DNA of 64,000 bases from Amoeboaphelidium protococcarum X5 (Eukaryota > Fungi > Aphelidiomycota). The notes under the pieces are model-generated. The model was not told where the DNA came from. It searched no databases and saw only the letters and a list, made by a program, of their open reading frames with translations. The translations under genes and the position numbers were made by a program. The DNA is taken from positions 186,001-250,000 of the forward strand of contig JALDTO010000192.1 of the NCBI GenBank assembly GCA_023515725.1, given 5' to 3'. The first letter of the stretch is position 1; each line of letters opens with the position of its first letter. Below are positions 1-13,423 of this stretch, piece by piece.

Positions 1-696
1 ATCACCAATAAATTGCTCAAGAACATCATGGGCTTGAAGAGGGAGAAGACTGAGATGTTGACTCAGATGGAAAAGGAGGAGGAGTACATTACCAATAAAT
101 TGCAGAGGAAACTGAAAGAATTGCAGAAGGAGAAGATTGACCTGGAAATAGCCATGGAGCAAGAGCAAGAGTTTATAGTTAACCGATTAACTAAGCAATT
201 GGATGAGATGAAAAAGAACAGGTCCACCACATCTCCCTATGCTTCCATAAGCAGGTAAGTCTTATTTATATAGTGGATAGTAATGTCAATTCAATTGAAT
301 TTAAATTATCAATCTTGATTGTGTAGTTTGAATGCGGCAACAACTGGTAAACTGTCTCAGATCTCCCGCAAACCATCAGAGACTCTGTTCTCTAGTCCCT
401 CTTAGCAATAGATGCAGTAATAGCCACATCAAGTGCCTACGCAGTAATCTAATCATGCTCAGTAAAATCAGCACAGTGTTGGTGCTGGAGGCGCGTCTAG
501 TCATTCAGTGATGATGAGAGACTCTAATGAAGAGATTGCTCAACTCAAAACTCAATTTGCCCGGATGGAGAGAGATCATGAGTAGAAGATTGCCAAGTAC
601 CAGACTGAGATTGAACGTCTGAAATCTGATATCAAGTAGTAATAGTAGTAATAATAGTAATAGGTTGTAGTGGAGAAGAAAACTTCTCAAGTGTGA
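1..696 (+). CDS. CCDC6-like coiled-coil protein, 5'-truncated by the window; intron 255-326
   Basis: EKEEEYITNKLQRKL / EQEQEFIVNRL repeats typical of CCDC6. A GTAAGT...TGTAG intron removes an in-frame TGA; with TAR=Gln the frame runs to TGA at 694-696. Confidence 0.75.
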
Positions 697-1215
697 TATA
701 GTCATCCTCTGTCCTGTCCTGTCTCTAATAATAGTAATGAGTGAATAAATATGCGCGAATTCGTATTTAATGCAGCTTTTGTTAATAAGCGAAATTATTC
801 TCTTTATACATCTGTTTCTGTAATCTATACTATGTATGGACAAGTCTGACCAATCAGTTAACTGCACTTGAATAAACGCGCGATTTTTAACAGGATATTT
901 AGTCCATGGATATATATGTACTGCTGGAGTAAATTGCACAAACAGACAGGTCGGATGATGAAACTTAAAACGACAAAACTCGCCTCCGTTTAAAGTCCTG
1001 TCCTTTTAGTCGTTTGTTCACTTTCTCCTTTTGCCGCATTTTCAACTCGCTGCTCTTTCCCTCTCGTTCTCGTTCTCTCATTCTTTCTCCCAATTCAGTG
1101 TGTGTTTCTCTCTCTCTCTCTCTCCCCGTTTTGTCCAAGAAGTAAAGTGGCAAGTTGCTCTTATACTTGAGAAAAAACATCTTTTTACTATTTGAATAAT
1201 CATTTTTAGATAGAT

Positions 1216-4062
1216 ATGAACTTCTTGTCCAGTCTGGTGAAAGCTGCTCCATCACCTGCGTAGTAAGAAGTGTCTCCACATGAAATTATTGAAAAGCTGT
1301 GTGACCGTCTGAGGACATCCACCATGATTGAGGACAAGCGTGCTGCCATTCTCAGTCTTAAAGGACTGTCTAGGTAGTATTAGCTGGAAGTTGGTACTTA
1401 GGCTACTTAATTACTACTGGAAATTCTGCATGATGAGTACTGTATGGAAGATGCGGAGATTGTAAAGTCTGTTCTGGACACTTTTATCAACTTGTGTTAG
1501 GGAGATTATCAAGAGAGCAGTGTTGTTAGCTCATTTAATACAGACACTGCTGGCTAGAGTTCATAACAAAATTTGGGTCTCTAGTTTAGTCAAATTTTAC
1601 TCAAAAACTGCGAAAATGTTCCTTTTATGATTAATACCTTACTGCAGGATTACTCGTTTCATGTCCAGTTTGCTCTGATTGAATTACTGCGGATTTTGGT
1701 GCGTAATGATTTGACTCTGTTCTAGAAGAATATCATTAATGGCGCCGGTTGCATTTCTCATATCATGAATCTGTTGAGTGATAGTAGAGAGGTGTTGAGA
1801 AATGAAGGTATTCTGTTGTTGGTAGACTTGACATCTCCATCATCACATGGATCTTTTGCAGACATTCAAAAGATTATTGCATTTGATAATGCATTCGAAT
1901 AATGTCTACATCTGGCTATTGAGGTTGAGGGTGGAATTTATGGCTAGGTGGTAGTTGAGGATTGTCTCTGCTTGATTTATAACTTGCTGAAAGACAACTC
2001 CAGTAATTAGAATTACTTCAGAGAGAGTGGTCTCATTCCGAAATTGTTGACTTTCTTCAGATATGATCTTTCAGTATTACCTGCAGGTGGTAAGTTGCCC
2101 AGTAGACTCACGTTGGGCACTCCTCCAAAGTTGACGCTGAATGGTGATGAAGAGTTTTCCGTTCAGCAGTGTCGCAATCTCAATAAAATGTTGGATGTAA
2201 TGGATCTGTTAGTGTTCAGTGGCTCTCAATCTGCATCATCGGGTATTGTAAATAATTAGGTGGTGTTTATTAATTGTGGCCTATGGTATCCATTTCTGAT
2301 GTTTGGGCTATTTGGACCGCCAGCTGATTAGATTTAAAGCGGATACGATATTGTCTGTCTATTGAGATCGAGGTGCCTGTATACTCTTGCTTACTCAATA
2401 CAAGAACTTCCTGCTGGGTAGTCACTAATCAATTGTATTGCTATCAAAAGTCAATAGCCTACAGAGATGCCTACCGCTCTACTCACATATTGCATGTAAA
2501 TGGCATTTCAGTCTACCCATGTAGATCTGCCACAATCTGTTGGTGATGACAGACTTCGTTCCAATTGTTAGCTTAGATTAAGATTTGGAGCGTTTGAACT
2601 TATAAAATCGTCAGTGGTTGGCAATAGTGATTTGATTCAAGTGTTGGTGAATTTTGTAAAGTTGGGAATTTAAAGTGGTGGTAGTGGAGGAAGCATTATT
2701 GGTGATAATGGCTTTGGTGATTTGCTGCTGGATTCTCTTCTTGATTATTAGTATGCTAGAAAGCGCAATGATATTTATCGTGTCTGGTTTGCCTCTTGTA
2801 TATTCTCTTTGCTTATCAGTAGTTCCCCAGAGAATAGAAATATCTGTCTATCTGCAAAGATCTCCAGTCCTAGTGATTTAATAGACGGGGAGAAGGATCT
2901 ATTCACATCCATAATTAATTGCGTGATGGTCTGCAGCAGAGACTCCAGTTCTGATTATCGTCTGCTCATTACGTACCTATCGATGCTATCTCTTTGCCTG
3001 GCAGATTCTTCTGAATGGTGCGGCAAGTTTATGAAAGAGTCGTCACGGTTTGCATTTCTGCTCGAGTAAATCCAGTCTCATCCATCACAGGTTGTATAAG
3101 GACTTTGTGCGTACTTGATTGGTCTTTTATTTGAGTACAATGATGGACAAGTAAAAACATTGGGCCGCGCAGAGATTTCTAATGTTGTAATCACCAGAGT
3201 CGGTGTGGAGTCATATTCGAGTAAAATGAACAGGCTCAGAGACGCTGTAGTGTCTTACTAGCCCATCTATGCTGCCAATAGAATCCCATCTGCAGTCTCT
3301 AATGAAGATGAACCTGTGCTATTTATTGAAGAATTCATTGAACAGTTCAAAAGCCACTCTGACTCTATTCAAAAGTCTGTAGTCAATCCGAAGTCTGTCA
3401 AGTTGAAGCAGCGGTAGTAAGAGGAATCGAAATAGCACGAGAATGCAATGCAGAGCTATAAAGTGTTAATCAGCGAGCAAGATTAGACTATTGCGTCGTT
3501 AAAAGCAGAAGTATCGCAGTTGAAATAATAGCTGAGTTCTAAGTAATAATAGATTTAACAGTAGTCATCACCCCAGAGTAATAATCATAAACAATTGGAG
3601 TAAATTGATATTGAAAAGCATCCAGTTATGATTGATCTGAGATAATAATTGTCTGAGGCGAATGAGTAATATTAATCTGTTAATTAGGAGATGGAGGATC
3701 TGCTTGTCTGTCTAGCAGAATAGGACGTGGAAATGAAGAAATTAAAGTAGAGATTGAAAGAATTGGGAGATAACGTAGTGGATGTTGAGAATAGCTTTGA
3801 TGGCGAGTAATTGGGTGTTACGGCGCAAGTACATAGTCTGGCTCTTAATGATGAATAAGAGTAATAAGACAAAAAAGGAGAAGAAGTACACAGAGCGCCT
3901 ATCGATATGCCATCACCTGGTGAATAAAAGTAAGAGATTGACAATGTCTTCAACAATTATCAACAATACAATGATAAGCCATTTGCCTTCGATTCTAATC
4001 CAGAGATCAAAGATGGCCTTACTGATATCTTTGATACCATAGAAGAACCATCATTATTGTGA
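1216..4062 (+). CDS. USO1: Vesicle tethering protein Uso1/p115
   Basis: N-terminal IEKLCDRLRTSTMIEDKRAAILSLKG, internal DSREVLRNEGILLL, C-terminal QEMEDLLVCLAEQD. One frame from ATG 1216 to TGA 4060-4062 with TAR=Gln. Confidence 0.92.
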
Positions 4063-4233
4063 GATATAAAATGAAATATACTCTGCGTTTATACTATAAT
4101 ATTAAATGTTCCATTTTGATTATTTATAACTGATGATGATGTTGGTAGCATGGCAGGCGGTCTTTCGCTTTACTTCGTTTTAAACACTTTCACTTTTGAA
4201 ATTCGTGCTAAATTACGGTAGTGATACAATTTA

Positions 4234-4830
4234 ATGATGAATTCTAATAAAGGCGATGATATTCAGCAGGAAGTGTTAGCTGGCTCTTTTAGATAAGCTG
4301 CGACAGCATTGACTAAATTGTACAAAGATGCATTAGAGATGTAATAATATAGTAACTAATCTGTATAAGAGGGTGGTGATACGGAATCATTTAAAGCTGG
4401 ATATCAGAGCTGTCTCCAAGACATCATATAGCTTATATTGTCTGTACCCATGACTGATATTAATTGCCTCGGTGCTGGTTAATAATAATAATTATATTCA
4501 AGCGGAAGTACTCCATCATAATCTGCATCTCAGCGATAATAGTAACGATTAATCAATGGGGATGTAATGATTGATTACCTCAACGGGCGACAAGACGTGA
4601 TGATGAAGGAAGCAATGCAGAAGTAGCAGCAGGAACGGCGTACCAGCTCTCAATAAGTAAATAGGAATATCAGCGATGATATCAGTTTTGCCGATTTTGA
4701 AATGATCAGATAGTTGAGACCAAGTATTGTTGCATAATCTACGACAATGGACGCCGAAAATGGTCACGCCGCTGTTGTTGGTCAAATTTAACCATAGTCT
4801 CCGCTCAAGAAGAGATCCCGCCAATAATGA
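4234..4830 (+). CDS. HAPSTR1/C16orf72-like (fungal YJR056C-like) small protein
   Basis: SFRQAATALTKLYKD followed by FKAGYQSCLQDI, a low-complexity middle and a basic tail PLKKRSR; open ATG to TGA. Confidence 0.55.
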
Positions 4831-5203
4831 ATGTCTAGAATGTGTTACTTATCAGATGTTGATTTGTTTTAAAATATTATATCTATTACAACTGCCTCAT
4901 GGCATTATACGAAGAGGCTTAATTGAAACTCTACTCAATGATCAGGTGGGTGGATGCACATCAGCCCAGTTGATGTCAATGCGCCGCTAATCGATCAAAG
5001 ATCAACCGAAACGAACATCTTGAAGGCGCGCGCTCATCTTTCTTCATCTTCTCGGCCTTCCTAGGCTTCTTTCTAGTTTTCATCAGTGATAAATGCTTAG
5101 AAACTTTATCTCGCGACATTGTAGTATTCTATAAAGCTTTGGCACGGCACACAATCTAAATTTATTGCATAGTTCACATAGTAATATCATAATTAAGAGA
5201 GCG

Positions 5204-7042
5204 ATGGCTGATAGTGGCAAAGATATTGCAAAGTAGATGTAGAACGCGACTCTAGATGGATAGTAAGGCGCAAAGACTACAGCAGCAGGTGGCGAAGAGA
5301 GACAACTGCTGGATCCGGTAACTGGAGAGATGGTTTCCAAATCAGAGTTGAAGCGTCGCGAAAAGAAACGCGCTAAAGATGCTGAGAAGGCTGAGAAGTT
5401 GAAATAGAAGGGAGCTGGTAGTGGTGGTAGTGCACAGGCCGCCGTCAAGGAAAATGTGGTGGATGAATCGTCGCTGACACCTGCTCAGTACTTTGAGATG
5501 AGAAAGAAGATGGTGGCTGATTTGAAAGATGCCGCATATCCGCACAAGTTCCATGTATCTACATCGGTGAAGAACTTTACTCAATAATACGATTATTTGA
5601 AGCCTGAAGAGGTGTTGCAGGATATCAAGATCCAGGTGGCTGGTAGAGTGTAGTCTATTCGTACGGCTGGTAAGAAGTTGAAGTTTTACGATTTAATTTC
5701 TGATGGATCTAAAGTTTAGATTCATGCCAATGCTTCGGACTGCCCGACTGACTTTGTTGCTATGCACGATATCATTAGAAGAGGCGATATCATTGGTGTC
5801 GTTGGATATCCTGGTCGTACGCGTCATGGTGAATTGTCTGTCTTTGCGCGGGAGGTTACTCTATTGTCGCCATGTCTTCACATGCTTCCTAGTGCTTTCT
5901 ACGGATTCAAGGATTAGGAGTTGCGATACAGACATCGCTACTTGGATTTGATCATGAATGAGTAAGTGCGAGATAAATTTATTACCAGAAGCAAGATTAT
6001 CTAGTTCCTGAGATAGTTTCTCGACAACAGAGGCTTCATTGAGGTGGAGACTCCGATGATGAGTTAGATCGCTGGAGGTGCAACTGCCAAGCCGTTTGTT
6101 ACTCATCACAATGATTTGAATCTGGATCTGTTTATGCGCATTGCTCCAGAGTTGTATCTGAAGATGTTGGTTGTCGGTGGTCTTGATAGAGTTTACGAGA
6201 TTGGTAGACAGTTTAGAAATGAGAGTATTGATATGACGCATAATCCAGAGTTTACTACGTGTGAATTTTATCAGGCGTACGCTGATTATGAAGATCTGAT
6301 GCGCATCACTGAAGAATTTCTGAGTGGTGTCGTCATGGCTGTGAAAGGAAGTTATGAAGTGAAGTATCACGCGCATGTCGATGATCCCGAGCCTATGGTT
6401 ATCAACTTCAAGCCTCCGTTCAAGCGTATCAACATGTTCGAAGAGCTGGAGAAGGTGCTGAAGGTCAAGTTTCCACCAGCCACTGAGTTGGGTACGGAGT
6501 CTGCGCGCCAGTTCTTGGATAAGTTGTGTGTTGAGAACAAGGTGGAATGCGGTGCACCGAGAACTGCAGCCAGACTGTTGGATAAGCTGGTGGGTGAGTA
6601 CCTGGAGTCTCAATGCATTTCGCCGACATTCATTGTGGGTCATCCGCAGGTTATGTCTCCTCTGGCCAAGAAGCATCGTTCCATCCCGGGACTGTGTGAG
6701 CGCTTCGAGTGCTTTGTCGCCACCAAGGAGATTTGTAATGCTTACACCGAGTTGAACGATCCTATGGACTAGCGCGATAGATTTGAGTAGTAGGCCAATG
6801 ATAAGGCTGCAGGTGACGATGAGGCTCAGCTGATTGATGAGACATTTTGTACTGCTCTTGAGTATGGTCTGCCTCCTACCGGTGGTTGGGGTCTTGGTAT
6901 TGATCGATTGGCAATGTTCTTGACTAATTCTGCCAATATTAAAGAGGTGTTATTGTTCCCTGCTATGAAGCCTGATATTCAAGCCATGCATATCTCGGAA
7001 TAGTAGTAGCAGTAGGCTACTGCTGAGAAGTCGAATCATTGA
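5204..7042 (+). CDS. KRS1: Lysyl-tRNA synthetase (class II, cytosolic)
   Basis: [58 protein letters not shown] occur at conserved Gln positions. Confidence 0.98.
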
Positions 7043-7108
7043 TATTGTAGTGAATAAAGTAGACAGATTTATTCCTCATCACTATTACTGCGTATAGTTT
7101 CATTCATT

Positions 7109-9088
7109 TCACTATTCAGCTGTTCTTTAGTTTAAATAAGATATTGCCTGCTAGAAGTTCTCGACAATGTGCTGTTACTGCGCAGAGTCTTCCGTCGACA
7201 CTTCTTCACTCTTCATAGCTTCCTATTGACTCGTAACATAAGCTTAAAGCACCTAATTAATAACTAAAATATCAGAGTCACTGAATACTTTGGCGAATAC
7301 TGGCTCTAATGTTAACTACTATTTCATGGCCAATAATACAATGAGGTAGCATAAGAATGAGGCTGAAATCAGTAAAGATTCGAGCAGAGGATGAGATTGC
7401 AGCTGGTCCAGTAATCTTAAAGTCTAAAGGCAGTCTTTAACAATTGACTCATAAAGAGCTACATCGAATATGTGCGGATCATTACATTAGTATAAATTAA
7501 TTAATGAGCAAGCGGACATTGTGATATGCGAGCATATAATCTCGGCCTCACCAATCGATCCATGGTCGTCATTCACAACAAGAGATATTTTCTAAATGGC
7601 TTCGCTGATTCTAGCAATTGAAGAGGACATCCAAGCATTATCCGGTTATTAATGAAGCCACGCTATAAACTCTTTCCAGTCATGCGTAAGTTTTAAGCAG
7701 ATATTTAGATAGATCGTGCACAGTTGATGATTGCACAAAGCAGATTCATCATTGAGAGACTTCATCATGGGCAAGATGATATCGTATGCACATTTTAAAA
7801 GCTTAAGATTATGCAGACATACTCTACCCAGCACAGTAAGAATCTAAGTCTTTAGCTATGTATTAATGCACGGTAATTTAAGAATTAATTGATCAAACCA
7901 TTCCTCTGCTATACCATCAATATGACCGAGAACAGTTCTCAGATTACTATCACAACAGATATCGTGGCAGCATTTAATTAAAATTATTTACATGTCAGGA
8001 TCATCAACCAGTTCATGAAGTTCGTGTAAAAGTTTCTATTGCTTTTTACTGAGACTGGTCACGGATTGTTAGTCCAGAACATCAGGCAACTTAGTTAAAG
8101 CATAACTAATCAGCGACGGTGATATAAAATTCTTAGCACTCAGATACACAAGTCTTATCATAACAATTAAAGCACACACGATCACCTACACAAATACAAG
8201 CAATCTAACAGCTCGTTCATCATGTATCGAGTCAATCATACCTAGTCTTTATATCCGCCGAGTAGGCCCAAAATTTTCTCATGATTCTGAGTGATGCAGA
8301 GTCTTTCAAGAAATTCATTATCCTTGCACTTTAACATGATTTCAACTATACTACCTTAAACGCTCATATAATAATTCTAGAACAAACCATAGTTCAATTT
8401 ACCTATTTTGTTGTACAGATAGACTTTGATCAGACTGAAGACCATCAATCAGAAATGATATTCCATCAGAGAACCGCTAGAATTCACCATTAAATCGGAG
8501 TTCACTTACAGTCTTGACTTCAACGCACTGAGCCAATTAAGCTTAGTCATCCTATGAAGAGACACCAAGACATGATGATTATGAACGTTAAGATGCACAT
8601 GGCAATTACTACTAATCAGAGTTCAACTGAGACGCGTTGTGACTTTTGACCAGATACTCTTCTCCCAGTCGCGTTTCAGTTTCTTGCGTTTCAGTCGTCA
8701 ACGAGTCGTCGTTGTCGTTGTCCAAGGTGGTAATAGAACTGCTCTGAGATGATGCTTTGAACACAGATTTTAATCCATAAAGCTTGACACCAACACTTTC
8801 AGTAGAGACACTACTCTCAGTTCTACTGAAGGAATTCATAGTAGTGGAACATTTGACACTTTGAATGGTTCTTCTCTTCTGCACTGGCTAAGTAGAAACG
8901 GAGGAATTTTGAGAGCTGTGCAGTTAAAAGTCATTTTCTTGAGAGGACCTTGAACACCCCTGGGTATTCACATCAGTAATATCATCCTTATATACCTTGA
9001 TCTTTTTCTTACGATAAGTGGATTGAGTTTTAACACTATTATTACGTGTTTAGTTCAGCATATTTCCATTTGATGAGGTATTGAACAT
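7109..9088 (-). CDS. WAPL: Wings apart-like cohesin release factor
   Basis: Disordered N-terminus, then VKTVSELRFNGEFQRFSDGISFLIDGL (start of the WAPL domain) and ICLKLTHD; continuous frame with TAR=Gln. Confidence 0.65.
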
Positions 9089-9229
9089 TATGTTTCAACT
9101 GCTCTCTTACAGTAGAAAGGAGAGAAGTCCTGAATATTTCACGGTAAATTCCTCTTTGAAATGAAAACGCGATCTTTTCCAAGTAAAGCTCACATATAGC
9201 GCGTTAAAACGTTAATCAAATTCAAAATT

Positions 9230-10228
9230 ATGACCAAGTGGGGACCAGATAGTGAAAAGCTCGTAATTCCGGGATTTCCGGCAATTATTCCAATGTATAT
9301 GAACGATGACTAGCTAAGGTAGTACATGCGCATTATTAGAATTGAGGAAATTACATAGATGCTTCGTACCGGTAACGTGTTTCCAGAGTATAACGAGAGT
9401 AGACCGCGATCACCTAGTCCTGAGCCTGAATATGATGAGGACATGAAGAGAATTAATACTAGGGATGTAAGATATCGGACGCGACTGGAAGAGGAGAGGA
9501 ATTAGTTAATAGAAGAGGAATGTGATGCTGATCACTTGTACAAACCGCCAGCAGATTATCGCCGGACGCCTAAATTGAATGAGCGGATATACATTCCAGT
9601 GCAGGACTTCCCCGAGATTAATTTTATGGGATTGCTTATAGGTCCACGTGGAAAATATCTTTAAAGTCTCGAGTAGTAGGCTGGAGTGAAAATATCGATA
9701 CGTGGTCGCGGTGCTGAGAAGGATAGAGCCGATGCTCGCTCTAATGCTGGTCAAGAGGGAATGGATGACGATCTGCATGCTCTTATAATGGCTGAGAATG
9801 AAGAAAATCTAGTCGCAGGTGTTAAATTAGTTAATGAGATTCTCGAGAAGGCATGTACCGATCCAGAGTCTGTAGTTGAGATGAGGCGGTAATAGTTGGT
9901 GGAACTTGCGAAACTCAATGGTGTCAACGTAGATGAAAGTGGTAAGCTGGCAGTTACAGGTTGTCAGATTTGTGGCGATACAGCACATCAATAGAATTAG
10001 TGCCCTCTCTCTAGTGATCCTGATCATATAAAGAAAGCAGAGGAACGATCTAGGAAGATGGAAGCAGATTATGAAGAATTTCTGTTGTCGATTGGTGGAT
10101 AGAGCGCGTTAAAAGGTGCCGTTGAAGTAGAGAAGCCTGTGGTGCCTGAGAATGTTGAAGTTGAGACTTCTGTTGATGGGGATCTTTAATACGCTCCATG
10201 GAACTATTAGGCCAGATAAACAAGATGA
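9230..10228 (+). CDS. MSL5: Branchpoint-binding protein / splicing factor 1
   Basis: [23 protein letters not shown] domain [12 protein letters not shown], zinc knuckle CQICGDTAH. Confidence 0.93.
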
Positions 10229-10286
10229 GTTTTGAAAGTTGTATCGTGGTAAAGAAACATATTGATATCTTGAATGATTTCAGTTA

Positions 10287-11291
10287 TCATTAATCGTTTC
10301 CTTATTGTTGCAAATTTTCGAATGACTGTAGCTGCTGGTTATAGTTCTCAACGTCCGCCTAGTGATAGTAAATGTTGCATAGTGCTGTGTAGTACGCAAT
10401 CATAAATAGGCATAGAGTAGGTACCCAGCCAGCTAACACTGTCACCAGTTGATTAGCACTCGAAACGGTCGGCGCGAATCTGACTTCGATCGCGTAACAA
10501 ATGCAAACTATCACAAAGATAACATTGAGATTGATCTACACCTAAGAACAATCAAATATCTAATAATGACTGTATCACAAAATGAAATTACCATTTGCTG
10601 AGCTAATTTGCTAGATTTCGCAGACTTAATGGTTTACAGACGTAAATCGTGCAACTAATCTTGAATCCTCTCCCTTAATTCAGCTTTAAGTTATCCGATT
10701 TAAGCAGTGTTGTAACTAATTTCGTTTGATAAGCCGTCATAATCGTTCTTCAATTAGGCACTATTTTTCTTGAGATAAGCCAGCTCCTACTATTACGCGT
10801 TCAGCTCCTTCTTATTCGCGTCCATTTGTAACTTGTTCTCGTCCAGCTATTATTAGTTCTTGTTCAACTGCACTTGATTCTCAGCAAACTGTTTCCATAG
10901 AGCATCAGTCTTACTCTACAGTCTTTTCAAATATTCCATTTAAGATTGGCATTCAGACATCACGTCCATCAGGGGAACTTTAATTATTCAAATGATTTGA
11001 TGAAACTTAACAGTGTGATGCAATAAGCGATATACTGTAGAGACTAAAGTTGCTGATTGGAATTTCTGAAACAGGCAGACTACAATCGATTGCCGTGACG
11101 AGGAAAAGTGGCTTAACGCGCATAGCTGAAACAGGCTCATGCGGACGTCTCACTCTCCTTACAAAATGATCAATGGCGTGTTTCAGGCATTTCTGTAGCA
11201 ATTTGAGATCAAGCAAAGGGGTTCCAATCATTCGAAATTTTGTGTTCAAAGACATGAGCTAAATCATCGATGGCCACTTTACTTTTTGCAT
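10287..11291 (-). CDS. Hypothetical coiled-coil protein with two C-terminal hydrophobic segments; intron structure and start uncertain
   Basis: Heptad-rich open frame at ~10620-10975, then a likely GTAATT..TAG intron and an exon with two TM-like stretches ending at TGA 10287-10289. 5' exons are not resolved. Confidence 0.4.
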
Positions 11292-12669
11292 AACAATGAA
11301 ACAATTAAAAAACAGTGAGTAAAACCGCGTGAGATACAATTGTTATCGCATTCATGCCGTCAAAGACAACTTGAAGCACACAGCATCTGATGGATCAATG
11401 TCAGATATCGCGTGAACTAAACTCCACATTGTGATATTGAAGAATGTCTTGAAGATATTGAGATTACAAAACGATATAAAAAAGTTATATTAACCTTAAT
11501 TTTACAACACATTCATTAGTTTCAATGAAGCTATTGTGCTTAATCAGCCAGAGATCGCGAACGCATCAATCTTCACTTGGAAACTATCACTCGCGACTTT
11601 AAATATAGCCAGCATTTAGGAAGTATTAGCAGCGGCTAACAGTTCTCTTAATACGGTTAACTACGCAAAAGACCCTACTGATAATAGTGTCAATTGTACA
11701 AAGACTAAGTTTTTACCACTAATTTAGCTAATTTACTAGCAGTAGCAGATAAACTTACAGCAAAGCGCGAATCGCACAGCTTGTTGCGGAGATCCTTATA
11801 CTCCTCCGCTATCTGAGAAATTCTTCTGTCCTTAACAGAGACTTCACCTTGCAATTAGACATTTGTCTTTCCAGTTATATATTTTCTTCTCTCAGCGCCG
11901 CATTTTCTTTTTTTTACATAAATATCTGGTTATCTTTGTCTACAATGTCTACTCTTGCGCGTCAAGCTTCTTTTGCTGTATCTCTCTCTCTACCAGTTTC
12001 TGTAATCTTATAAACTACTGCATCAACGATTGATTATCCAAATTTTAGCTCTGATTTAAAGATTTTACAGATTCGAGCGTTTTACTATTCAATAGTTTTA
12101 CGTGGGCTATTCGTGTTAGGCAAATATGAGCCTGATACAGCACAGTATATTGCATATGTCATCAATGGCGACACGTTAACCTCCGTCCTAATTTTTCTCA
12201 GTCAAGCAGACAATAGCTGTATTCTATAAAGCACTCCGTCTTTTATTGTACAAAAGTCATGAGCAACGAAGGAGAGAAAGAGAAACTTATGAGCTCAGAT
12301 CACTTATCATCGCTATCGATCTTTACAAGTCATCACATCAAACTACAACCTGATTGATGGAAAGTTACGATCCTTGGCGCAAGACTGATCAGGGCGTTTT
12401 GGAAGTGAAAACAAATGGTTTGATTTATTTGCCTATCTGAAAATATGTTTAGTATCCTTGCCAATAATGTCTGCAATTAAACAGGACGCAATACACGGTA
12501 CCAAATGATCAAATCGAATCTCTATACTGCAAGACAGTGCTTTGTTTCATGTGAATATTCGAGTATTGTGCCAATCTCTATTGAAGTTTTCTCTTACGCG
12601 ATCTCAAACTCTGCCGTTAAATTAGTCTACTCTATCCGCCATTAATATCTATTGACACAGACATTTAAT

Positions 12670-13359
12670 ATGAGGAGAGGAGTGGGTATAGCTGGGTTGC
12701 AGAAAATGAAGCAGGACTAAAAGTAGCTCAAAGAGAAAGGCTCAGAGTTAAAGCAAACATAGATTGAGGATATAAAGCGAGATTTGGAAATGCTCAAAGG
12801 CCAGCTGTCACAGTTTGCCGTCAAGTACAAGAAAGAGATCATGTCAGATCCAGTGTTCAGGGACCAATTTCACCAGATGTGCAATAATGTGGGAATAGAT
12901 CCACTACACAGCAGCAAGAGCGTGTACAATGTCATTCTGGGAGACTTTTATAATGAACTCGCCGTCAAAGTTATAGAACAGTGTATCCTGCACAATCAAG
13001 GCGGACTCACAGATATGGATACTCTGTTAGGCAATCTGAACGTTGAGAACGTAAGCAGCGGTGACGTAAGACGCGCCATCAAGACGCTGAAACCGTTCGG
13101 TAATGGCTTTGAGATCATCCAGATTGGTGGGCGAGACTTTGTGCAGAGTGTACCGCGTGAGATGCAGCAAGACGACCGTAAAGTTTTAGATCTGGCGTCT
13201 TTGAATAAAGGACTGTTAAATAAGAATCTTATAAAGAAGGCGCTGCAATGGGATGAGCCGCGGATAGAGTTAATACTTGCTCGTCTATTGTCCGAAGGCA
13301 TCCTATGGCTTGATCAAACTGACGATTATTACGCGGCATCCCTGATTTTGAAAGATTGA
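12670..13359 (+). CDS. SNF8: ESCRT-II subunit Vps22/Snf8
   Basis: MRRGVGIAGL, FRDQFHQMCNNVGIDPL, LGDFYNELAV, FVQSVPREM. Confidence 0.95.
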
Positions 13360-13423
13360 ATTTACTAAATATATATATCTTTTTCTTCTCTCTTTATTTC
13401 CAGTGTAAGATATAAGAATATCA

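Noticed and set aside
1020-1125. CT-rich microsatellite and the ORF 965-1279 it generates
   Set aside because: Pyrimidine-rich leader upstream of USO1; the ORF is a low-complexity artefact.
5861-6676. 271-aa antisense ORF over LysRS, and similar shadow ORFs over NOG1, SNF8 and TMLH
   Set aside because: Antisense shadows of conserved genes with no recognisable motifs.
9160-9215. ACGCG/CGCGT MCB-like boxes upstream of WAPL
   Set aside because: Plausible, but such short motifs occur throughout the window and cannot be supported from sequence alone.
11400-12500. Coiled-coil-like minus-strand frames
   Set aside because: Could not assemble a start-to-TGA gene model, so it is not listed as a CDS.
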